The position numbers were made by a program, and so were the translations under genes. Below are positions 16,010 to 24,000 of a DNA stretch of 24,000 nt, piece after piece (position 1 is the stretch's first letter; every line of letters starts with the position of its first letter). Location of the stretch: NCBI GenBank assembly GCA_001828595.1, contig MHZA01000119.1, positions 8,930 through 32,929 on the forward strand, given 5' to 3'. Under the pieces are notes generated by a model. The model searched no databases. It was not told the DNA's origin and saw only the letters and a list, made by a program, of their open reading frames with translations. Source of the stretch: Planctomycetes bacterium RIFCSPLOWO2_12_FULL_40_19. GTDB taxonomy: Bacteria > Planctomycetota > Brocadiia > Brocadiales > Scalinduaceae.

Positions 16010-16078
16010 CCATTCAAAGCTCATTAGTTCCCCAAACAAACCCAGAAGAAATTTAGTAATGGAGGCAGGTTTTAGGTT

Positions 16079-16279
16079 CTATTGGTTTATTTCTACAGGT
16101 AAAATCATGTTTTGCATCGAAAGTTGTACAAAAGCCTCAACATCAACATCGTCTCTATCGTGCGCCGGGTTTTTAAGCCTTTCCGCATCTCTCTCAATAT
16201 ATTCAATGCTTTGCGCTCTATAACTTTCCTTTAATGTTTCACACTTCGGACAATCAGGTGCTGTATAGATATACTTCAC
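16079..16279 (-). CDS. Small glutaredoxin/NrdH-like thioredoxin-fold protein
   Basis: 66 aa. A CPKC (CxxC) motif follows a short N-terminal beta-strand (YIYTAPDCPKCETLK). GTG start preceded by AGGAGG. Confidence 0.65.
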   Translation of the reverse strand: MKYIYTAPDCPKCETLKESYRAQSIEYIERDAERLKNPAHDRDDVDVEAFVQLSMQNMILPVEINQ

Positions 16280-16317
16280 TGTTCCTCCTAATAAATAAAA
16301 TAATGTTAATTAGTGTT

Positions 16318-16389
16318 TTACTTTTTCTTAGCTGCCGGTTTTTTCTTAGCCACCGGTTTCTTCTTAGCCGCTGCTTTCTTTACTGCCAT
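16318..16389 (-). CDS. Candidate micro-ORF encoding a 23-aa Lys/Ala/Pro-rich basic peptide (MAVKKAAAKKKPVAKKKPAAKKK)
   Basis: Below the ORF-track size cutoff. ATG at 16389-16387 is preceded by GGGGGTGAT plus 5 nt, one mismatch from the full anti-SD complement GGAGGTGAT. The coding DNA is three imperfect 18-nt tandem repeats. TAA stop at 16320-16318, 38 nt upstream of the glutaredoxin-like gene. Confidence 0.4.
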   Translation of the reverse strand: MAVKKAAAKKKPVAKKKPAAKKK

Positions 16390-16903
16390 TTTTTATCACC
16401 CCCTCTCTTACTTTAAATATGCTATTTGAGAATTACACTATACTAATTTATCCTGTATGCCATATATTCCTGTTCGATTAATAAAACTAAAAAACATTTT
16501 TATAAAAAGTGTTTCTCCTGATATTCAAATGCAATTCGAACTTGACTTATAGTTTGCATGCGTAATTTAACAAATGATAATGTAATGTCAAGTAAAAAAA
16601 TACTATATTTTGTATATTATGTAAAAATTGACTACATATGTTGTGCAATCAAACTTTAAATTATTAATGTAGGCCAATAGGTAAAAACAATAATAACGCA
16701 AAAAGGAAATATGGTATATAATTCTTGGATAACTCCATAGATGAAAAAATTCCAACGAATGGAAGTATCAAAAAAAATAAAAATCATTTCTGAAAAAAAC
16801 CGATTTGTAAAAACACATAGGCAATGCAGCATCTAGAAAAACAACTTTCCCCAAGATACTACAAAGAAAGAATGGATATGTGAAGATTTTATAACTACGA
16901 ATT

Positions 16904-17332
16904 CTAGGCGATACCTTTCGAAAACATTTCCTTTACCAGTGCCTGAACCTTTCTGCCATCAGCAACGTCTTTATACTTACCCATAACAATCTTCATTGCT
17001 GATCCGATATCTCCGGGTTTTTCTGATTCTAATAGTTCTGCTACGACCTTCGCAAGCTCTTCATCCGACATCTGCTTTGGCAGAAATTCTTCAACTATCT
17101 TCAACTCTTCATTGCAGGAATCTATCTCGGCTTGAATTTGCAAACGTTCATATTCTTCAATGGTCTTCTTCAACTTCTTTGCATATCCTCTTACGACGTC
17201 AATGGGCTTAAAATCTTTTCCGGATTTTTCAACATTTATGATATCGGCCAATAACATCCTTAATACGGACACTCTTCGTTTGTCCCTGGACCTCATTGCA
17301 TCCTTTAATTCTTTTGTTATTCTTTCTTTCAT
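16904..17332 (-). CDS. GatB/YqeY domain-containing protein
   Basis: 142 aa. The N-terminus ITKELKDAMRSRDKRRVSVLRMLLADI and the KVVAELL...GSAMKIVMGK C-terminus are typical of YqeY. Confidence 0.85.
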   Translation of the reverse strand: MKERITKELKDAMRSRDKRRVSVLRMLLADIINVEKSGKDFKPIDVVRGYAKKLKKTIEEYERLQIQAEIDSCNEELKIVEEFLPKQMSDEELAKVVAELLESEKPGDIGSAMKIVMGKYKDVADGRKVQALVKEMFSKGIA

Positions 17333-17347
17333 AATATCCTTTATATG

Positions 17348-17686
17348 CTATATTTTGCGAACCAAATGTCCACAATGCGGGCAATAGTTCGGGTTGCCGA
17401 AATAGACCTTACTGCAATATTCACAGGATGTTGAAATTACAGGACGTTTTGCGCGCTTTGCTTTTATTATTAAATAAAAAGGCAAGAATATTATCATAAG
17501 CATAAACACGCCCAACATCCATCCTATGGATGCAGGCGTACTATAATTATTCTTTTTCGCATCTATATAAACCCATATAGATACTCCTGCCGCAATAAAT
17601 AATGCTATTTGTTGAGTATTCATTTTTTCAGCTTTTTTTAGCCCCGAATCTTCACGAATTAAGTCACAGCTAATATTTTCTTTCAA
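17348..17686 (-). CDS. Membrane protein with C-terminal zinc-ribbon
   Basis: 112 aa. Two hydrophobic helices (IALFIAAGVSIWVYI, WMLGVFMLMIIFLPFYLII), then CEYC...CPHC. The TTG start overlaps the plsC stop (TTGA). ATG at codon 22 is an alternative start. Confidence 0.55.
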   Translation of the reverse strand: MKENISCDLIREDSGLKKAEKMNTQQIALFIAAGVSIWVYIDAKKNNYSTPASIGWMLGVFMLMIIFLPFYLIIKAKRAKRPVISTSCEYCSKVYFGNPNYCPHCGHLVRKI

Positions 17687-18420
17687 TTATAGAGAAGTTT
17701 TGAGACTTCATTTCTTACCTTCTCCAGTACTTCTTTTGACAGTTTTCTATCTTCTTTCTCAACCTTCGGAAATTCAAGTGGTTTGCCAAATCTAAATCTG
17801 ATATCCCTGCTTTCAGGATTACTGAGAATACTGCTCTTGGGCAAATACCCGCTACTCCCTATAATCGCCGTTGGAATTACCCTTCTACCGGACTTCAGGA
17901 TAATCATTGAAATACCTCTCTTAAACCTCCCGAGCTCTCCATTAACACTTCTTGTTCCTTCAGGAAAAAAGATTACCGACTTACCAGCATCAAGTTTCTT
18001 TATAACTTCCTGCAAGGTTCCATATGCATTTCTCTCGTCACTTCTACAAATACCAATATGGCCTGAAGTCTTCATGTATTTTCCAAGTATTGGTATTTTG
18101 AAAATAATGTCCTTAGAAATAAAGCTGAAATTTCTGGGTATAGCGGCTATTGAAAGTTTTACGTCTATAAAACTCTGATGATTCGATACAAATATTACTG
18201 GCTCGTCATCCGGAATATTTTCAAGACCTTTTACTTCTAAATTTATTCCCAAGAGTCTAAAGGAAATTCTCGTAAACATGCGTTCTATAGCATTATATTT
18301 ACACTCCTTGTCCTTAGTACCAATTGTGGAAATAATAGAAACAAAATAACCCATAGACCACAGCGAAACATTTATAATCCACGCATATATGGTATAAAGC
18401 ACCTGAATAATCTTCTTCAT
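17683..18420 (-). CDS. plsC: 1-acyl-sn-glycerol-3-phosphate acyltransferase
   Basis: 245 aa. N-terminal TM helix. Acyltransferase motifs NHQSFIDV (HX4D) and FPEGTRS. Confidence 0.9.
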   Translation of the reverse strand: MKKIIQVLYTIYAWIINVSLWSMGYFVSIISTIGTKDKECKYNAIERMFTRISFRLLGINLEVKGLENIPDDEPVIFVSNHQSFIDVKLSIAAIPRNFSFISKDIIFKIPILGKYMKTSGHIGICRSDERNAYGTLQEVIKKLDAGKSVIFFPEGTRSVNGELGRFKRGISMIILKSGRRVIPTAIIGSSGYLPKSSILSNPESRDIRFRFGKPLEFPKVEKEDRKLSKEVLEKVRNEVSKLLYN

Positions 18421-18654
18421 ATAATCCCTTTTGAAGACGACTTCACATTTTCCTGCAATATAAATTTATGTCCTTTTTTACTCTTTCCATACTTTGCAAA
18501 AGATTTGCCTAATTTCCCATAACATGCTCAAAATCGCTATCTTCTTCACATTAAATAGTCTAATAAGCAGATACTTAACTTTTCACCACTATCCCGAAAA
18601 AATGCGCAAGAATGACGAAAAATGGTATCAAAAACACAAGTTATATTCAAGGTT

Positions 18655-18674
18655 TTTGTAAGAATTTGTAAGAA
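18655..18674. repeat. Tandem 10-bp direct repeat TTTGTAAGAA x2 in the plsC/GT2 divergent intergenic region
   Basis: Read directly. It lies about 30 bp upstream of the candidate -35 of the GT2 gene. Confidence 0.5.
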
Positions 18675-18705
18675 TTCGTTGATGCCACTTCTTGAATTTA
18701 TTTAA

Positions 18706-18734
18706 TTGACAATGTTTTCTGTTTTTATTTTAAT
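18706..18734 (+). promoter_or_regulatory. Candidate sigma70-type promoter for the GT2 gene (TTGACA - 17 nt - TTTAAT)
   Basis: TTGACA at 18706-18711 and TTTAAT at 18729-18734, 42 nt upstream of the ATG at 18777. Confidence 0.45.
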
Positions 18735-18776
18735 CCTAGTATCAACATAAATTGCAAGAAGCGACCGGGTATCATA

Positions 18777-19469
18777 ATGCAAAACAATACGAAACTATCA
18801 ATAGTTATACCTGTCTATAATGAAAAGAATACTATTGATGAAATCATAAGAAGGGTACAAAGCGTGGAATTTGAAAAGGAAATAATCATAGTCGACGATT
18901 GTTCCAATGACGGAACAAGAGATAGAATAAATAAAATAAGCGGAAACAATATTAAGAAGCTGTTCCATGAAAAGAACAAAGGCAAGGGCGCTGCATTGAG
19001 AACGGGATTCCAACATGTTTCTGGAGATATTGTTATTATTCAAGATGCAGACCTGGAATATAATCCCAAAGAGTATTCAAATCTGATTGAGCCAATCCTG
19101 GACGGAAGAGCCGATGCAGTATACGGCTCCCGTTTCCTGGGTGGACCTCACAGAGTATTGTTTTTCTGGCACTACGTTGGTAATAAAATATTAACTACAT
19201 TGTCAAACATGCTGACAAACCTGACCCTGACAGACATGGAAACATGCTATAAGGTCTTTAAGGCAGACATAATAAAGAATATTAATATCAGGTCAAATCG
19301 TTTTGGCTTTGAACCTGAAATAACCGCAAAACTGGCTAAAAGAAAATGTGTAATATATGAATTACCAGTATCCTATAGTGGAAGGGATTACACTGAAGGC
19401 AAGAAAATAGGATGGAAAGACGGTGTTGTCGCCTTATATAGTATATTAAGGTATAATCTATTCAATTAA
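18777..19469 (+). CDS. Family 2 glycosyltransferase (polyprenol-phosphate sugar synthase-like)
   Basis: 230 aa. Motifs [27 protein letters not shown] (DxD). Soluble GT-A catalytic domain only. Confidence 0.9.
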   Translation: MQNNTKLSIVIPVYNEKNTIDEIIRRVQSVEFEKEIIIVDDCSNDGTRDRINKISGNNIKKLFHEKNKGKGAALRTGFQHVSGDIVIIQDADLEYNPKEYSNLIEPILDGRADAVYGSRFLGGPHRVLFFWHYVGNKILTTLSNMLTNLTLTDMETCYKVFKADIIKNINIRSNRFGFEPEITAKLAKRKCVIYELPVSYSGRDYTEGKKIGWKDGVVALYSILRYNLFN

Positions 19470-19484
19470 TACAGATACATTTAT

Positions 19485-19892
19485 TTAATAAAATTCAGGA
19501 AAATGGGTTGGAATATCCTTAAAGTAATGAAGATGTGTTCTGCAATTGCAGTCTGAAGAACCAAATTTTCTTACAATTGTGGATGCACCGGCTCCTTTAC
19601 CTATCATGCGATTTAATCTACATTCATCCTTTCTGCCCCTAAAATATTTGAGTACCTTAATAGTCCTTGCATACGACAGAAGGTAATCAATATGCCAATG
19701 AAATTTCTTACTACTCGAAAGGTGTCTGTTTATTCTTCTTTCAAGACCATTTTGAGCGCTCCCGGTGTAAACATAAAAACCTTCAGGAAAAATGAATGTA
19801 CCAAGTCGGCCAATCTTAATCTCCTTATCTCTGGAAAGTTGTATAATCAGGTTATAAATGCCTCCCCTTTGTATAGGTTTCATAAACGACAA
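19485..19892 (-). CDS. DUF123 / GIY-YIG (Uri) superfamily nuclease-like protein
   Basis: 135 aa. The pattern GIYNLIIQL...GFYVYTGSAQNGLERRINRHL...KFHWHIDYL matches the DUF123 signature as I recall it. The C-terminal Cys/His cluster is SDCNCRTHLH. Its start overlaps the upstream dehydrogenase gene by 13 nt. Confidence 0.7.
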   Translation of the reverse strand: MSFMKPIQRGGIYNLIIQLSRDKEIKIGRLGTFIFPEGFYVYTGSAQNGLERRINRHLSSSKKFHWHIDYLLSYARTIKVLKYFRGRKDECRLNRMIGKGAGASTIVRKFGSSDCNCRTHLHYFKDIPTHFPEFY

Positions 19893-21172
19893 ATATTCTT
19901 ACCTTTAAAGCCCTTCAAAGCATTTCTGGTATCAACGATCAGTTTAGATTTCTTGGCTATTGCATCATAATTAAGAATGCTGTGGTCGGTTACAATGATA
20001 GAACAGTCTATCTTGTTAAGAAAGTTATTTGAAGGTTCTCTGGTTTTGAGTGAAACACCATCGAATTCAATATCTTTGATATACGGGTCTGTATAGCTCA
20101 ATATGGCCCCCCTTGATTTAAGTAAGCTTAATATATCGAAGGCCGGTGATTCTCTAGAGTCTGATACATCTTTTTTGTAAGCAACACCGAAGATATGTAT
20201 ACGTGAACCATTGATACTCTTTTGATGCTCATTCAATGCATCAGCCACCTTGTTAACCACAAATCGCGGCATATTACTATTGATTTGATCAGCAAGGTTT
20301 ATGAATCTTGATTCAAAACCAGTTTTTTTGGCAACCCACGAAAGAAAAAGCGGGTCTACAGGTATGCAGTGACCCCCTAAGCCGGGACCGGGGAAAAAGG
20401 CCATATAACCAAAAGGTTTTGTCTTGGCAACTTCAATAACCTCCCAGACATCTATATCCAAACGTTGACACATCTGAGCTGTTTCATTAACAAGCGCTAT
20501 GTTAACACTTCTGAAAGTATTCTCCAGCAGTTTAACCATTTCTGCAACTTTTGTAGACGAAACTGGTATAACTTTATCAATAATCTGGCTGTATAAAAGG
20601 CTTGCCAGTTTCGCACACTTTTTTGTCATTCCACCCACTACTTTTGGAATATTTCTTGTATTATACAACGTGTTGCCCGGATCTATACGTTCAGGAGAAA
20701 AGGCTAAAAAGAAATCTTTACCTACCTTCAGTCCTCCTTCTTCAAGTATAGGTGCAATTATCTCATCCGTGGTTCCAGGGTACGTTGTACTTTCTAAAAT
20801 TATTAATTGTCCTTTACGAATGTATTGTTTAATTGCATTCGTTGCAGATATTATGAACGAAATATCGGGATCTTTGGTTTTTGTCAAGGGAGTTGGGACA
20901 CAAATGCTTAATGAATCCATATCTTTAACAACACTAAAATTTGTGGTAGCCCGCAGCTTTTGTTTCTTGACAAGATTACTGACAATACTTCCTTTAACAT
21001 CAGTAATATAAGACTTCCCCTTATTAATCTGCCGTACTTTTTCAGGATCAGTGTCAATGCCTGTAACACTAAACCCTTCCCTCGCAAATTCGACTGCAAG
21101 AGGCAGTCCCACATAGCCCAGTCCTATTACGCCAATCTTTGCCTGTTTCGTTTTTAATTTTTCCCTTAACAT
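19880..21172 (-). CDS. Nucleotide-sugar dehydrogenase (UDP-N-acetyl-D-glucosamine / UDP-N-acetyl-D-mannosamine 6-dehydrogenase family)
   Basis: 430 aa. Rossmann fold IGVIGLGYVGLPLA. Catalytic-Cys motif GLGGHCIPVDP. GAGGGG SD about 7 nt upstream of the ATG. Confidence 0.9.
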   Translation of the reverse strand: MLREKLKTKQAKIGVIGLGYVGLPLAVEFAREGFSVTGIDTDPEKVRQINKGKSYITDVKGSIVSNLVKKQKLRATTNFSVVKDMDSLSICVPTPLTKTKDPDISFIISATNAIKQYIRKGQLIILESTTYPGTTDEIIAPILEEGGLKVGKDFFLAFSPERIDPGNTLYNTRNIPKVVGGMTKKCAKLASLLYSQIIDKVIPVSSTKVAEMVKLLENTFRSVNIALVNETAQMCQRLDIDVWEVIEVAKTKPFGYMAFFPGPGLGGHCIPVDPLFLSWVAKKTGFESRFINLADQINSNMPRFVVNKVADALNEHQKSINGSRIHIFGVAYKKDVSDSRESPAFDILSLLKSRGAILSYTDPYIKDIEFDGVSLKTREPSNNFLNKIDCSIIVTDHSILNYDAIAKKSKLIVDTRNALKGFKGKNICRL

Positions 21173-21277
21173 ACAAATCCCCTCTTTATTGCTGTTAATT
21201 TATAAACTTCATAACTAAAAATGTCAATACGGAAACATTTTATTCCATGACTTATACTACATAAACTATATATTGTC

Positions 21278-21306
21278 TTGACATTAAAAAAGAAGCCACG
21301 TAAAAT
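21278..21306 (+). promoter_or_regulatory. Candidate strong sigma70-type promoter (TTGACA - 17 nt - TAAAAT)
   Basis: TTGACA at 21278-21283 and TAAAAT at 21301-21306. It would start a transcript about 100 nt upstream of the GC-rich element and about 430 nt upstream of the YhaM-like gene. Confidence 0.5.
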
Positions 21307-21416
21307 CACAAAAGTATACAAAAGTATATAGGACATGACTATCCAGCGCTTTCAACATAACAAATCTTAAATTTAGCGCCCTACTGGCGAACTACGATTT
21401 ACAACTGTAGCGGAAT

Positions 21417-21645
21417 GGCTTCCTGCCCGAACCTGCCCGAATAGGTACAGGCGGGTAGCCTTCCACCTCCATGGGTTTGTCAGCAAAAAGAGGTTATACG
21501 AACGTTTATATTGGTATTGAATCCGTTGTGTGTAGAGGTTTGCCTGCCTGTGCGGTGCACGCAGACAGGTCCGCCCGCCTCAGGCGGGAACCCCTCCACT
21601 ACAGATACAATAAAAGTCTACCCGCCTGCTGTCGGGCAGGAAGAC
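21417..21645. repeat. ~230-nt GC-rich element closed by long inverted repeats (MITE-like repeat or structured RNA candidate)
   Basis: CTTCCTGCCCGA (21419-21430) is the exact reverse complement of TCGGGCAGGAAG (21632-21643). CAGGCGGGTAG (21448-21458) is the exact reverse complement of CTACCCGCCTG (21618-21628). Internal hairpins are CCTGTGCG...CGCAGACAGG and CCCGCC-tca-GGCGGG. The centre is AT-rich. Confidence 0.6.
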
Positions 21646-21746
21646 TTAACTCCAACAGACTTAAAATGGAGTTTCCTAGACTATCAAGTTTTTTTACAAA
21701 ATAAGGCCTGTTAAACCCATCTCAATGAGTCTACCGGAGGTGCAAT

Positions 21747-22709
21747 ATGCCAAGAAAGTTTATATCACAGCTTAATGGCGGCACTACAATTGACGATATA
21801 TTTTTAGTGCAAAACAAAGAATTAAGGACAACAAAGAGCGGGAGCTTATATATCCAGGCTCAGCTATCTGATCGTACGGGTGTAATTGATGCAAGGATGT
21901 GGGATGCCAGTAAACCATTCTTTGAATCCCTTGGCAATGATACATTTTTAAGGATTAAGGGCAGAACGGAGATTTACCAGAATAAAATACAATTAATTAT
22001 TAAAGGCATTTCAAAAACAAATCAGGAAGATATCAAAATTGAGGATTACCTGCCGAGTACTGAGAAGAACATAACCGAAATGTTTTCTGAATTAAAACAG
22101 ATTGCCGGTTCTATCAAACAACCTCATTTGCTAGAACTTCTTAATCTTTTCTTCAGCGATAAGGATTTCCGCAAGGGTTTTTGTACAGCGCCGGCAGCCG
22201 TACAATACCACCATGCTTTTCTGGGAGGTGTGTTAGAGCATACCTTATCTGTCGCAAGGCTGGGAGAAAAGATTGCGCCACTCTATCCTGATTTAAATAA
22301 GGATTTGCTAATCTGCGGGATAATACTTCACGATATAGGCAAGATAAGTGAACTTTGTTATGATAAGAACTTCCATTATTCAGACGAAGGCCAACTTATA
22401 GGACACCTGATATCAGGCGTGCTCATGGTTGAGGAAAAAGCTAAACAAATAGACGGTTTTCCAAAAACTCTGTTAGACCTGTTAAGACATCTGATTTTGA
22501 GTCACCATGGAGAATATGAATGGGGTTCGCCAAAACTCCCAATGACAGTAGAGGCCCTTGCACTCCATTACCTGGACAATATCGATGCAAAGATACACGC
22601 ATTCAGCAAGGCAATCACAAATGATAAAGATTCCTGTGATAATTGGACAGGATATAATAAAATGTTTGACAGGAAGTTGTTCAAAAAATCTCATGAAAAT
22701 AATTACTAA
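21747..22709 (+). CDS. YhaM-like 3'-5' exoribonuclease (N-terminal OB-fold, C-terminal HD domain)
   Basis: 320 aa. The OB-fold-like N-terminus (LYIQAQLSDRTGVIDARMWDA) and HD motifs (HHAFLGGVLEHTL, ILHDIGK, LSHHG) match the YhaM architecture. Strong SD GGAGGTG 5 nt upstream. Confidence 0.8.
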   Translation: MPRKFISQLNGGTTIDDIFLVQNKELRTTKSGSLYIQAQLSDRTGVIDARMWDASKPFFESLGNDTFLRIKGRTEIYQNKIQLIIKGISKTNQEDIKIEDYLPSTEKNITEMFSELKQIAGSIKQPHLLELLNLFFSDKDFRKGFCTAPAAVQYHHAFLGGVLEHTLSVARLGEKIAPLYPDLNKDLLICGIILHDIGKISELCYDKNFHYSDEGQLIGHLISGVLMVEEKAKQIDGFPKTLLDLLRHLILSHHGEYEWGSPKLPMTVEALALHYLDNIDAKIHAFSKAITNDKDSCDNWTGYNKMFDRKLFKKSHENNY

Positions 22710-22744
22710 AAGTATTTAAGCTCTTTTAATCAAGGATTACTTTA

Positions 22745-24000
22745 ATGATGATTGATGCAGAAAAAATTATAAAGTTAATATACGGCAGAAAATACAGCCC
22801 TATGAACGCATCAGAGCTTGCCGAACACTTCAGGATAGACGATTCAGAATCCGAACAATTTCGTACCCTCTTAAGAGAAATTGAATTAAAAGGAGAAATT
22901 GTCCGGATTAAAAAGGAACAATACGCAAACCCGAAAAAAGCCAATCTGTTAGTAGGCAAACTCGACGCCAATCAAAGAGGTTTTGGATTCGTAGTTCCCG
23001 TAAAGGAAGGCATATCCGATGATATTTATGTAGATGCAGAAGGTTTGGGAAGCGCCATGCATGGCGATATAGTCGTAGTCAGACTGCCTTCTGCGAAAAA
23101 GAAGAAAAGGGGAAGGAGAAAGAAGAGGGAAAGGGAAAGAAATGCGGGAAGGATAATAGATGTCTTACACCGTGAAAATGAAACTGTCGTTGGCACACTC
23201 AAAAAAAGCAGGCACCTCAACTATGTAGCGCCCGACAATTCGAAACTGCCCAGAGACATTTATGTCTCAATGAAAGACACTAAAGATTCGGAACACGGCG
23301 ACAAGGTTATCGTCAAGATAGACCAATGGCCCACCAGACACCTCAATGCAGAGGGAACCGTAATAGAAATATTGGGAAAAGATGGCGAGCCCGCCGTTGA
23401 CATTAAGTCTATCATACATCAGTTTAAGCTCCCTTTTAAATTTGATAAAAATATTCTTGCTGAAACACAGGATTTACCCCTCTCTATCAGCCCTGATGAA
23501 ATCAGCACAAGATTAGACCTTCGGGACGAATTGATCATTACAATAGACCCTGAGGATGCAAAGGACTTTGATGACGCAATCTCTCTGAAGAAAGACAAAA
23601 AGGGGAACTGGCTCCTTGGTGTCCACGTAGCTGATGTTTCGTATTATGTGAAACAGGATTCTGCCGTAGACAATGAAGCACGAAAAAGAGGCACCAGTGT
23701 ATATCTCCCCGGCACTGTCATACCCATGCTCCCGGAAGTATTATCAAATGGCATTTGCAGTCTTAAAGAAGGAGAAGAGAGGCTGACAAAGGGTGTTTTC
23801 TTTACTTATGCACCTGATGGCAGGTTATTACGTTCCGAAATCAAGCACTCAGTTATAAATGTAAAAAAAAGATTAACCTACCACAATGCGACAAAGATAT
23901 TAATGGAAAGTGATGAAGAAAACACAAACCCCGTAACAAACCTGCTGTTTGAGGCAAGCATACTCGCAAAGTTACTATATAAAAAACGTATGGAGGAAGG
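22745..24000 (+). CDS. rnr: Ribonuclease R (5' portion; continues past the window edge)
   Basis: Absent from the ORF track because there is no stop in the window. Translation from ATG 22745 gives MMIDAEKIIKLIYGRKYSPMNASELAEHF (winged-helix-like N-terminus), cold-shock/OB regions (GFGFVVP, GDIVVVRL), then RNB motifs ITIDPEDAKDFDDAIS and GVHVADVSYYV. A basic KKKKRGRRKKRERER insert is also present. Confidence 0.9.
   Translation, partial: MMIDAEKIIKLIYGRKYSPMNASELAEHFRIDDSESEQFRTLLREIELKGEIVRIKKEQYANPKKANLLVGKLDANQRGFGFVVPVKEGISDDIYVDAEGLGSAMHGDIVVVRLPSAKKKKRGRRKKRERERNAGRIIDVLHRENETVVGTLKKSRHLNYVAPDNSKLPRDIYVSMKDTKDSEHGDKVIVKIDQWPTRHLNAEGTVIEILGKDGEPAVDIKSIIHQFKLPFKFDKNILAETQDLPLSISPDEISTRLDLRDELIITIDPEDAKDFDDAISLKKDKKGNWLLGVHVADVSYYVKQDSAVDNEARKRGTSVYLPGTVIPMLPEVLSNGICSLKEGEERLTKGVFFTYAPDGRLLRSEIKHSVINVKKRLTYHNATKILMESDEENTNPVTNLLFEASILAKLLYKKRMEE

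Noticed and set aside
16010-16078. Convergent queA / glutaredoxin-like gene ends as a bidirectional terminator
   Set aside because: I could not find a convincing GC-rich stem-loop with a flanking T-tract in the 69-nt spacer.
16741-16836. 31-codon plus-strand ORF (MKKFQRMEVSKKIKIISEKNRFVKTHRQCSI) in the long AT-rich gap
   Set aside because: It has no Shine-Dalgarno. Its composition simply mirrors the A-rich DNA, and nothing supports it beyond being open.
21417-21645. Possibility that the structured GC-rich element is RNase P RNA, tmRNA, SRP RNA or a tRNA
   Set aside because: I could not find the RNase P GAGGAAAGUCC-type conserved region, a tmRNA tRNA-like end or tag reading frame, the SRP GGAAG/AGCA symmetric-loop motif, or a cloverleaf with a T-loop GTTCGAATC-like sequence. 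It remains unassigned pending an Rfam scan.
4963-21645. GC-rich repeated motifs as a possible CRISPR array
   Set aside because: The copies are kilobases apart, differ in length and orientation, are not separated by uniform spacers, and have no cas genes nearby.
21471-21714. 77-aa and 67-aa plus-strand ORFs inside the GC-rich element
   Set aside because: They are open only because GC-rich sequence has few stop codons. They have no RBS. Their Arg/Cys/Pro-rich products have no motif, and the region is better explained by inverted-repeat structure.
22726-23220. Minus-strand ORFs 22726-22971 (81 aa) and 23026-23220 (64 aa)
   Set aside because: They are antisense to the plus-strand RNase R reading frame, which continues with diagnostic RNB motifs. 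Their products are low-complexity.

Overview
This is an AT-rich bacterial chromosomal window, mostly housekeeping. About 13 kb of the minus strand is a division/cell-wall (dcw) cluster in the order mraZ-rsmH-ftsL-ftsI-orf80-murE-[transglutaminase-like peptidase]-mraY-ftsW-murG-murC-murB. Many junctions are overlapping or only a few nt apart. murF, murD, ddl and ftsQ/A/Z are not in the cluster; two signalling kinase genes follow murB instead. This is compatible with a PVC/Planctomycetes-type lineage but does not prove it. The rest of the window encodes queA, a small CxxC thioredoxin-fold protein, a YqeY protein, a zinc-ribbon membrane protein, plsC, a GT2 glycosyltransferase, a DUF123 (GIY-YIG-like) protein coupled to a nucleotide-sugar dehydrogenase, a YhaM-like OB/HD exoribonuclease and the 5' part of RNase R. 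I found no transposase, integrase, CRISPR array, tRNA or rRNA. Five items merit a second look. (1) A LapG/BTLCP-like cysteine peptidase sits in the canonical murF slot. (2) A short GC-rich module (CCCGCCTG-N-TCGGGCAGG) occurs four times, twice in frame inside CDSs (murG and the peptidase gene) and twice as an inverted pair bounding a ~230-nt intergenic element upstream of the two RNase genes. (3) An unlisted 23-codon Lys/Ala/Pro-rich micro-ORF has a near-perfect Shine-Dalgarno. (4) TGGGN-type MraZ boxes at 10-bp spacing lie upstream of mraZ. (5) There are several perfect palindromes and hairpins. All family calls rest on motifs read by eye; no database search was possible.
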